Below, piece after piece: positions 12,053-22,745 of a stretch of 64,000 nucleotides of DNA. A program made the translations under genes and the position numbers. The stretch is from Podarcis muralis (Eukaryota): the NCBI RefSeq assembly GCF_964188315.1, contig NC_135667.1, positions 8,618,001 through 8,682,000 on the forward strand, in the 5' to 3' direction. The first letter of the stretch is position 1. Every line of letters starts with the position of its first letter. The notes under the pieces were generated by a model. It saw nothing but the letters and a program-made list of their open reading frames with translations, had not been told where the DNA came from and searched no databases.

Positions 12053-12305
12053 ACTGTGGTCGCTTGGGTTGCAAATGTGATCTCTGTGGGATGCACGTTC
12101 GCAACCTGCAGCATTCGCAACCGCATCTGCGCATGTGCGGGTTGCGTTTCGGTGCTTCTGTGCATGCAAAAATTGTGATTTAGTGCTTCTGCGCATGTGC
12201 GACCACCGAAACCCGGAAGTAACCCATTCCGGTATTTCCAGGTTTCGGCAGTCCATAACCTGAAAAAACACAACCTGAAGTGTCTGTAACGTGAGGTATG
12301 ACTGC
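12053..12305. mobile_element. Degraded Tigger-like MITE
   Basis: Starts tactgtggtcgcttgggttgc and ends gtaacgtgaggtatgactgca, with internal tgcgcatg/gcaacc motifs. The TIRs are decayed. Confidence 0.55.
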
Positions 12306-12420
12306 ACAGTAATCATGGATACCTAATGTATCCTGGTATCATTAGCTCACCATGGAAAATTCATTCGGTCACTTCTTCTGCCTATAAGGAGCAGAATGGC
12401 AATTTTTTAAAAAGCAAAAC

Positions 12421-12600
12421 TGCCACTCAGACACCAAACTCTGAAGAAGTAAATCATAATCCTACCCTGTAATTACCCAAATCACTGCAATTTCTTCACC
12501 AGCTGAAACCTCCAAATGCTTCCTGGAAGCAACTAGAAAACAATCAACAAGCAAGCCTGAAAGTGGTTATAACGAATCCTGTGTACTGAGAGCTGGGTCC
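12421..12600 (+). promoter_or_regulatory. Conserved V2R upstream block with a TATA-like element (gene B)
   Basis: tgccactcag...aattac/tc...gcaatttcttcaccag...agaaaacaa...cctgaaagtgNNTATAA is shared with gene C (about 22625-22745) and gene G (about 60506-60665). TATAA at 12568. Confidence 0.55.
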
Positions 12601-12816
12601 AGAGGCACACAGGGATATGCCAATATAATTTCTGAATATGTGATATCTGTTAGTATTCAAGAAATGCATTCTTTGTAGCACTCGGAGGCAGATCACACTC
12701 TCTATTATAGGGCTGAGAGAACAGAGCCATGCATCTTTCAATGTAGCCTTTTCTTAGGAAAATAGTATGAATGAAGACAGGAGAGTCTGCATTCAGAAAG
12801 AAGCTAGACTACCAGA

Positions 12817-15800
12817 ATGTTGCTGTTATTGGTTTTGCTGCTTCTAATACCTCCTCTTTCTGGTCCCTCTAATACCATGAGGTGCCCTGTGAATGATCCT
12901 ATTCCTGTTCCACATGACTGGTACCAGCCAGGTGACTTCATCATTGGTGGAATAGCATCTCATATGCATCATTTTTTCTATGAGGTATTCTTCAAGGAAC
13001 ACCCAACACAGAACCTGTTCGATGTTTCATAGTAAGAATCTTCCATACACCAAACATTCCTCCAAATCACATTTCCCTTTGTCCCATGTCATGTAGAAAA
13101 GAATCCTAAGGAAGGGAGGGCCTAATTGCTGACATTTGGAAGCTGAAATGGGAGGCATTTGGGGGGTGAATGGTGGAATATAAAATCTATCCTCAATTTC
13201 AATCACCCCCGAAGTCTTTTACAGTCTACTAAGCTGGCAAATAGAAAATATGACTTTTCCTATCTCATAAAAAAAGCTTTCGGCTTTCTAAAGGGTTACA
13301 GAAAGAGACTTTGTATTTTTTGTTTTCTTCACACAAACTGTATTTGCAATTATTCTGCAGTATACGTATTGGAGGGGGGACGTGGGTGGCGCTGTGGGTA
13401 AAACCTCAGTGCCTAGGACTTGCTGATCGTAAGGTTGGCGGTTCGAATCCCCACGGCGGGGTGAGCTCCCGCCGTTCGGTCCCTGCTCCTGCCCACCTAG
13501 CACTTCGAAAGCACCCCTAAGTGCAAGTAGATAAATAGGTACCGCTGTATAGTGGGAAGGTAAACGGCTTTTCCGTGTGCTGCGCTGGTGCTGGCTCGCC
13601 AGTGCAGCTTAGTCACGCTGGCCACCTGACCCGGAAGTGTCTTTGGACAGCGCCGGCTCCCGGCCTCTAGAGCGAGATGAGCGTGCAAACCCAGAGTCAG
13701 TCACGACTGGCCCGTACGGGCAGGGGTACCTTTACCTTTATACATATTGGGGAGGAGAATGGAGAAAATGAAAATAAATAAATTATTAAAAATGTGACAT
13801 GGAGGAAAAATTCAAAACATACAACTAGAGCTCTGCCAATCCTGGTCCTCCAATATGCATTCCAAATGTATTTTCTAGACTGACTGGCATGCTCCCTTTT
13901 TAGGAAAATAAATCTAGAAAGCATTAGGACTACATTAGATTTGTTGGAATCACTATTACTATTGTTTGTATTTGAAGGGATGTAGAGATCAGCTGAATTG
14001 CAATGAGGCAATCAAGGATCACCAGAGTTCAGGTTGGATGCCGCAGAGAGATCTGAGGCTGTCAGGATGGGACATCAGGCAGAAAAGAGAGTCAGGCACT
14101 GGGTGCAAAAACCTGAAGAAGGGCAAGACCATTTTGTCTTGCAGCTGTGTTTTCCTGGGAGAAGGTAAAACTAATGCTAGCAGACTGCTCTTTCTATCAA
14201 ATGCCAGGCAGGATTACTTTCTCTGCTTAATTAATGTGGAATGGACACATCAAATGGACACATGTAGTTCTTTACAAGCAAATTTCCTTACCCTTTCCCA
14301 AATTTGTATTGAGAAGAAAGCCCCACAAGGTTCATTGGGACTTTCAGTGAAATGAATATAAGATTGTAGCTTGCAAAAGTGAAATGTTTAAGCAAGAGTT
14401 GAAGAATATTATGTGAATGAATAACACCATTGCCATGAGCAATGATCAGTATTCATTGGACTGCATGGTGCTATTAAATTAAATGATTTAAATACAAATA
14501 AAACAATTTCTTTTCAATATTAACGTATTTCAAACAGAATGTTTCCAGTATTGTAGTACATCCATCTTTGGAATTCATTTACTTTATTTGCAGTGTATTG
14601 ACAAAATTCTACCAACATGTCCTTGCCTTGGCATTTGCTGTGAAAGAAATAAATGAGAATACTAACATCTTGCCCAATGTCACACTGGGGTTCCACACCT
14701 ATGATAGCTATTATGATGCAAGGATGACCTACCGTACTACATTAGACCTCCTCTTCAATATGTCTAGATTTGTCCCCAATTACAAATGTGACACCCAGAA
14801 AAACCTCATATCTATCATTGGAGGCCTTGGTTCTGATACGTCCTTCCTCATTGCAGATACATCAGGTCTCTACAAGATTCCCCAGGTAGGATACATGGGA
14901 AATTATTTCTTCCTTCCTCAACTCAATTTTTGTTCTACTCAGAGAAAGAGAAAACCCATCAGGTAATACTGTATTAACTCTGTAATTTTACTCAGAGCAG
15001 CCTTACTGAAGTTAATGATTCATTTCAGTCAGACTTCTATCCATAAGATTTGGTTTGATAGAACTCTAAATATTTATCTCATCATCCCTGTAGACTCATT
15101 TTTCTATTTTATTTCTAAGGATATGAGACTGATCTGGTCAAATGTCAAATCAAAATGCAATTTTAAAGGACGCATATAAAAAGCCTCTACTGGAAGAATC
15201 AGTGGATGCAAACTTTAAATATTGGTAAAAATAAAAAGTTGCAGGATGCAGGATGAATTTTTTGCACATAACTTCATAACAGCTGTACATTTTTTAATTT
15301 TAATTTTAGTTTGCATATGGTTCATTTCCTCCAGAGGAGAGTGACAGAACTGAATTCCCATCCTTTTATCGCATGGTACCCAACGAATCCCATCAGTTTG
15401 TGGGGATTATCCGCTTGCTTAAGCATTTTGGATGGATGTGGGTTGGACTTTTTGCTCCTAAAGATAACAGTGGAGAATGTTTCATCAAGACCATGGAGCC
15501 ACTGCTTTCTCAAAATGGAATTTGTTCAGCCTTTACACAAAGAATCCCACATCAACTCCACTTCGATAACCTGGATGAAGTGAATGATGAAGCTTTAAAT
15601 GTATATATGCTATTCACAGGAAATAAAGTCACTACATTTATTGTCTATGGAGATACTATGACAATGCTAGCATTGAAAGCTGTTGTATTTTTGCGAGACC
15701 CAACCAATAAGGAAAATACTGGATTTAAAAAGGTATGGATCTTGACAGCCCAGATTGATTTTATATTACCGGGCCTTGTTAGGTTTCTGGATTTTCAGCT

Positions 15801-18800
15801 CTTCCAAGGTGCCATATCTTTCACAATTCATTCACAAAATCTTCTAGCATTCAAGGAATTTCTTCAGAGCATGAAGCCTTCCTGGACCCAGGGTAATGGT
15901 TTCTTCAAAGTCTTCTGGGAGCAAGCATTTGACTGTATATTTCCAAATCTCAGTGCACCAAAGGAGGTCAATGGCATGTGTACTGGGGAGGAGAGGTTGC
16001 AGAGTCTTCCAAGGTCTCTGTTTGAAATGGAACTATCTGGCCATAGCTACAGTATCTACAATGCTGTTTATGTTGTGGCTCATACTTTGAATGTCATTTA
16101 CATGTCTAGATCCAAGCAGAGAGTAATGGGGAGCATTGGAAGATTAAAAATTCAAGATCAGCAGCCTTGGCAGGTAATGCTGTACAAATGAAGAATATCA
16201 AAAGTACAATAATTTCATTGAAATAATAAGAGAAAGTAAGATTCCATCACAATTTTCTTGCTCATGGCACTAACTGATAATTTTTTATGTTTTCATATTT
16301 GCTTCAGTTTTTGTTTTTGTTCATTGAATGCATAAAAATTTCCATCTGTTATGTCACAAGAGCTGATTTTTAACACTTGATCTATGTAAAATGAAACTAC
16401 ATAACTATATCTAAATAATGCTAATAGAAAGGTATTTGCAAACCAATGCATTTTGTTCAATAACCAGTTTATGTTCTTTCCCCCTTTTCTCTTTCAATTA
16501 GCTGCATCATTTTCTCCCTGACATTTCCTTTAACAACTCAGCTGGAGAAAAAGTGTCCTTTACTAATAACAGAGAAATGGGAGGCGGTTTTGACATCACA
16601 AACCTGGTCACCTTCCCAAACAAGTCCTTCCTTCGAGTGAAGGTTGGATGGGTGGATCCCAATGCTCCCGACAGAAAAGAATTCATTATTCATGAAGACA
16701 TGATTATGTGGAACAAAGGCTTTAATCAGGTCTGGAATCTGGGTATTCCTTTGAGCTGATGCACTCTCCAGATGGCTACCACTTTTCTATTTGATAGCTT
16801 CATGAGAAAGATCTGGAAACCTAGCTGGAGGCAAATATGAAGTTAGAAAATAAAACTATGTTCTTAGTTGAAAAGAAGGTTAATTATATTTGTTTCGCTT
16901 TCTTTACTGTACGTATGGCAGAGTATAGTGTTATTAAGATAAAATTTATTCATCGGGGAAATATGGGTATTTTCTGCATCAGTTGGAAAGGATTCATGAC
17001 CTATCAGAAGACCCCCATATCAAATCATTTCCTTTTTTAAAAAAAATATTTTATTGATTTTCCAACACATAATAAAGACAATACAATACACAATACACAA
17101 ACAAACAAACACATAAACACGTATAATTTCAAAACCTTCTTTTCATAAATCTTACTTCTCCGACTTCCCCATACCTCCCCTTTCTGCATCCCTGTTTCAA
17201 AATTTCTTCAGCAAGTCCTCACTTAATTTAACTAATTACTCATTTTTTCCCCTCCTTCTCTCTTACATAGTCGTTTACAGCTGTAATCCTCTTTTTCTAT
17301 ACCCTTGATATTTTAGCACTCATTAATTTTACAACAGTTCTTGAGATAAGCTTTAAATTTCTTCCAATCTTCCTCCACCGTCTCTTTTCCCTGGTCGCGG
17401 ATTCTGCCCGTCATCTCGGCCAGTCCCATGTAGTCGATCACCTTCGTCTGCCATTCTTCCAACGTGGGTAGTTCTTGTGTCTTCCAATACTTTGCTATAA
17501 GAACCCTTGCTGCTGTACATATCAAATCATTTCCATGTCTAAATAGTGTTGACTAAACCCCAACTTTTGCTGTATTCCTAGCAAGTTAATGCTGCCTTCC
17601 AATCTGAATCCTGTCTGGGATGGGTCAAAACCTTTCAATTGGTTTCTTCTGGCTTTCTTTGTGGATGTGTGATGCTGCCAGTTAGGAGCCAACAGCATAC
17701 TCTCCAACATTTCATAATTCCAGGACTGTCCCTGGAAAATCTGGACACAGAGGATATAAGGTGTTGTGGAGACTCCGTAAAAGATGTGGCCAGATTGGGT
17801 TTAGGCTTGGTGCCATCCAGCAGTCAATAGGCAACATTGAAAGCTTGCAAAAATAATTGTGTTGTCTCCTCCCTGCTTTATATAACATGCATTTAATTAT
17901 GTGAATTGGCTTTCTGGCCACTTGGCAAGTGGGTGCACTAAAAGAAACAGGTTGAGGTTTACCTTGGGCAAAGTCTGATTCCGGAGACTTGCCACAGGGC
18001 TCGGTGAAACTTTTTTGGGGAGGGGATGAGTAGTTCATTTTCTGATTTGAAGTGCAGCGACTGATACACAGGATCTATGCTGTGTATGGATAGATGATGC
18101 CCATTTCTGTGTGCAATGACTACTGCCTGCCTGGTAATCAGAAGAAAAGTAAGGAAGGACAGACATTTTGCTGCTATGATTGTACTCCATGTCCAGAAGG
18201 GAAGATTTCAAACCAGAATGGTAAATAACATTTTTCATTGTAAAATATTAGCAAATATCTGTTGAAAAGAATGTAAATATATGCTGTGCACGTAACCACC
18301 CAGTCCAGCTTAACAGTGCACAGGAAATATTTGAAACAAGAATGGTACATGACATTTTCCCTCAAACTCAGTTAAGTAATGATTATTGAGTCACATTGAT
18401 TTAAATGAATTTAAATACTTTTGTGCACGTAACAACACTATCCTTCTTAAAGTAGTATGGGTAATTGTTGACTTCCTATAACTTCCGAAGGAAACATTCA
18501 AAAACTAATAACCCTGGTGCAATATTATGCACATAGATATGAAATTGCTCCCCAGTTATTCCAAAGGTCTTTTTCTTGTACAGTGGTACCTCAGGTTAAG
18601 TACTTAATTCGTTCCGGAGGTCCGTACTTAACCTGAAACTGTTCTTAACCTGAAGCACCACTTTAGCTAATGGGGCCTGCTGCTGCTGCTGTGCTGCCGG
18701 AGCCCGATTTCTGTTCTCATCCTGAAGCAAAGCTCTTAACCTGGAGCACTATTTCTGGGTTAGCGGAGTCTGTAACCTGAAGCGTATGTAACCTGAGGGA

Positions 18801-20651
18801 CCACTGTACACATATCAAGAAGTGCAGATTTGTGCCTTGTGTGTATGACTGGAATGAAACACACTAGGCATCCATGCTGGTTGAAATTAGGCCAGACTTA
18901 TTTTCATGACTGCACATTGCCAAAACTGTAGTGCAAAAAGAAAGTTATCATTTCAACGTGCACCTGCTGTTCAAATTCCACTCAATGGCTGAGATGCACC
19001 CAATATTCTTGGGAGTTGACCAGCACTGGGCACTATTATGCCACAGGACAAGAACCAAAGATTCTACTAAGCTATAATGGAATGAGTTTAGGTAAATCTA
19101 GCATCCCTTGAGGGGGACGCGGGTGGCGCTGTGGGTAAAAGCCTCAGCGCCTAGGGCTTGCCGATCGAAAGGTCGGCGGTTCGAATCCCCGTGGCGGGGT
19201 GCGCTCCCGTTGCTCAGTCCCAGCGCCTGCCAACCTAGCAGTTCGAAAGCACCCCCGGGTGCAAGTAGATAAATAGGGACCGCTTTCTAGCGGGAAGGTA
19301 AACGGCGTTTCCGTGTGCGGCTCTGGCTCGCCAGAGCAGCGATGTCACACTGGCCACGTGACCCGGAAGTATCTCCGGACAGCGCTGGCCCCTGGCCTAT
19401 AGAGTGAGATGGGCGCACAACCCCAGAGTCTGGCAAGACTGGCCCGTACGGGCAGGGGTACCTTTACCTTTACCTTTTTAGCATCCCTTGAGCTAGGGAC
19501 GTGCTTGGATTCTGTGTCCCCGCCAGCAACAAAAATAGAGTATCAGTGCAGCTAGAGTAAGACCCCCATGTTCAGGGTGCAAGGAGCAGCAGCTTAATAT
19601 TGTTTGTAGGATAAATTCAGCCGACTACTCAAATAATAATTCACATACTGTTATATGATCACCTGCTCCCTAAAAATCAGAAGGTTAAGATCAACAGGAA
19701 GCAATTGCACGCATGAATTGCCAGTGGAATTTGACACTATCCTCTTTTTCAGATATGGATGACTGTGTCAGATGCCCAGCAGATCAATATCCAAACAAGA
19801 ACAAGAATGGATGCATCCTCAAAATAATAAACTTTCTTTCTTATGATGAATCTTTTGGCATCAGCTTGGCCTCACTTGCTCTTTCTTTTTCACTACTCAC
19901 AAGTTTGGTGATAGGAACTTTTATTAAATACAAAGACACTCCCATTGTCAAAGCCAACAACCGGGATCTAACTTACATTCTCCTCATTTCCCTACTGCTC
20001 TGCTTCCTCTCATCTTTGCTATTCATTGGGAAACCTGGGGAAGTGACCTGCATTCTTCGCCAACCAATGTTTGGCATCGTCTTCTCACTGGCTGTTTCAT
20101 GTGTGTTGGCAAAGACTGTCACTGTAGTTGTAGCTTTCATGGCCACAAAGCCAGGGTCTAGCATGAGGAAGTGGGTAGGAAAGCGGTTGACCTATGCCAT
20201 TGTCCTTTCCTGCTCTCTTACTCAAGCAGGTATTTGTACTGTGTGGTTGATGACTTCTCCCCCATTCCCCCAACTAGACATGCACTCAGTAGCAGAAGAA
20301 ACCATTGTGCAGTGCAATGAAGGCTCGGTAACCATGTTTTACTGTGTCCTTGGCTACATGGGCCTCCTGGCTCTTGCCAGCTTCATTGTGGCATTTGCAG
20401 CTCGCAAATTGCCTGACAGTTTTAATGAAGCCAAGTTCATTACCTTCAGCATGTTGCTGTTCTGCAGTGTTTGGCTGTCTTTTGTCCCAACGTATCTGAG
20501 CTCCAAAGGGAAATCCATGGTGGTGGTGGAGATCTTCTCTATCTTAGCCTCTAGTGCTGGGTTACTGGGATGCATCTTTGCCCTGAAATGTTATATTATC
20601 ATGCTGAGGCCAGAGCTGAACAATAGGGAGCAAATAATGAGAAAGAACTGA
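12817..20651 (+). CDS. V2R: Vomeronasal type-2 receptor gene B, complete 6-exon CDS (874 aa)
   Basis: Exons: 12817-13031 (signal peptide [10 protein letters not shown]), 14594-14885, 15310-16173, 16502-16729, 18094-18220, 19753-20651. Total 2625 nt in frame with GT-AG introns. The exon-5 acceptor is weak and TM7 reads FALKCY. Confidence 0.92.
13377..13740 (+). mobile_element. Sauria SINE in intron 1 of gene B
   Basis: Full head (A box tggcgctgtggg, B box ggttcgaatcc), body, and tail ggggtacctttaccttta. Confidence 0.93.
17033..17517 (-). mobile_element. 5'-truncated L1-clade LINE 3' end with 17-bp TSD
   Basis: Minus strand encodes an ORF2 C-terminus ([11 protein letters not shown]...PTLEEW...DWKKFKAYL). 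TSD catatcaaatcatttcc at 17016-17032 and 17518-17534. Confidence 0.85.
18581..18806. mobile_element. Tc1/mariner (Tigger-like) MITE
   Basis: TIR cagtggtacctcaggtta / taacctgagggaccactg (1 mismatch), with TA on both sides. Confidence 0.9.
19113..19478 (+). mobile_element. Young Sauria SINE with 14-bp TSD
   Basis: TSD tagcatcccttgag at 19099-19112 and 19479-19492. Full length. Confidence 0.95.
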
Positions 20652-20707
20652 GCAATACCTTTGTTTTTATCTTATTGTTTTGTTGTGTATCAAGGCTTTT
20701 AGTGTAG

Positions 20708-21210
20708 CTGACAGATGCAATAAGAGATATACGTAAAAAGATGGTGAAAGAAGAATGGGAATGTTTAAATAATTATCTAGGGGATAAGGGTTCATCAAGA
20801 AAGACCTGGTTATGTTTAGAATGATACCGCATAGGGAAATGTTCCCTGATACCAAGATGAGGGATTCCATGAAATGCAGATAGAGAAAATTGATAAGAAT
20901 GATGATCTGTTGTGACCTTGACGGAAGCAAACAATAGGTGAGCCTTCTTGTGTTTTGGCTCATCTTCCTCTTTTTCTTCTTTTTCTTTTTCTCCCCCCCC
21001 CCTTCCCCCCTTTTTCCTTTCTTTACTTTTTCTTTTTTCTTTCCCATAATGGCTTATATTCTATGCCATGTACTTTGATGTTTTTTGTAGTTATTTTTAG
21101 CTTTTTCCATTATTATTATTATTATTATTATTAAGGATTTTTCTTTTGTAATTTTGGTTGTTTATATTTATCTGTATTTGTTTAAAGCAAAACAAAAGTA
21201 TTTTTTAAGA
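20708..21210 (+). mobile_element. 5'-truncated L1-like 3' end in the 3'UTR of gene B, 16-bp TSD
   Basis: TSD aaggcttttagtgtag at 20692-20707 and 21211-21226. The insert starts LTDAIRDIRKKMVKEEWECLNNYL, similar to the L1 ORF2 end at 17313-17525. Confidence 0.72.
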
Positions 21211-21463
21211 AAGGCTTTTAGTGTAGAGGTGGTTAATAGTGATGTCTCTGGAGTGTCACTGTTTTGCCGGAGGGATTCAGACACACAGTTAGAAGTTAAG
21301 ATTTTTTAAAAAATTAAGTGCTCTGTCCCCATAGTGCAGGAATGGGGAGCTTACTCAAATTGTGCCCATTAGACAGTTGCCAGGCTGCTCCCAACACAGC
21401 ACACCCACCTGAACCACACCTGACAAGTATGGGGTGGGTACTGATATGGCTTTAGAAGAAGAA

Positions 21464-21831
21464 AAGTAAAGGTAAAGGTACCCCTGCCCGTACAGGCCAG
21501 TCTTGACAGACTCTAGGGTTGTGCACTCATCTCCCTCTAGAGGCCGGGAGCCAGCGCTGTCCGCAGACACTTCCGAGTCACGTGGCCAGCGTGACGAAGC
21601 TGCATCTGGTGAGCCAGCACCAGCACAGCACATGGAAATGCCGCTTACCTTCCCGCTAGTAAGCGGTCCCTATTTATCTACTTGTACCCAGGGGTGCTTT
21701 CGAACTGCTAGGTGGGCAGGAGCTGGGACCGAGCAGCGGGAGCGCACCCCGCCGCGGGGATTCGAACCGCCGACCATGCGATCGGCAAGTCCTAGGCGCT
21801 GAGGTTTTACCCAAAGCGGCACCCGCGTCCC
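21464..21831 (-). mobile_element. Young Sauria SINE with 12-bp TSD
   Basis: TSD ttagaagaagaa at 21452-21463 and 21832-21843. Confidence 0.95.
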
Positions 21832-22624
21832 TTAGAAGAAGAACCAAGAGCTTAAAGGGAGTTCCCAGTTGTTAGTTTTTTGGAGGAATTTATCCACTCC
21901 CCCCATCCTGGAACAGCTGATGGGTAATGAAGGCACAGGAGCATCAATAGCCACCACTGAACTTGCTACCAAAATAGTGAGGAAAAAAGAGAAGTGGTTT
22001 CACTACAGTTGGGGGTTGGGGAAATGACTTCAGGCCCAGTGGCCCTACAAACCTCTTTATCATGCCATCAGGACTGTCTCTGGGTTATACTGTTAAGTTT
22101 CATAACCTGAGTGTCTTTGCCTCCCTGGAATGTGTACTTGAACTCTGATAATGTCTCTTGATAGTCTCAATGCTGTATTTCAAGGGGTGTGTACATGCTA
22201 TACACTGTACGAAGGTAAAGGTTACATGAATTGCTCTGCCCATAATCAACTCTGGCCCCACTCAATACTGGCCTTGAAAAGTTAGTGGGAAGGGAATTCT
22301 GTCCCCAGGTTGCAAAAAGATTCCCCATGAGTATAGCAGTGTATTCATTTGTTTTGTACAGGAGAGTCAAACAACTTGTTTTAAAACTATAGTTTAAAGC
22401 GACAGAGAAATATTGACTCTCATCACTTTGAAGAAAACTGGAGTTGGGAAGTGGCTATAATCTCAAAATGTTGCCCTTCTGCTTTGTACCCTAAAGCTAA
22501 TGACATCACTCTGAGTTTCCTGTTCGTGTTTGCTAAGCTTGTAAAACTCAATCTGACACTGTTTTTCTAGTAAGGAGCAGAAGAGACTTGTGGTATGAAT
22601 TGGGATTTTAAAAAAGAGCAAAAG

Positions 22625-22745
22625 TGCCACTCAGCAATTATTCAAATCACTGTAATTTCTTCACCAGGTCAAAACTTCAGAGGCTTTCTAGAAGGAACCA
22701 GAAAACAATCAGTTAGCCAACCTGAAAGTGGGTATAAATAATCCC
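22625..22745 (+). promoter_or_regulatory. Conserved V2R upstream block with TATA box (gene C)
   Basis: Same motif series as upstream of B and G. TATAAAT at 22733-22739. Confidence 0.55.

Noticed and set aside
19113-19190. tRNA-like sequences with A and B boxes
   Set aside because: They are SINE heads continuing into SINE bodies with TSDs, not tRNA genes.
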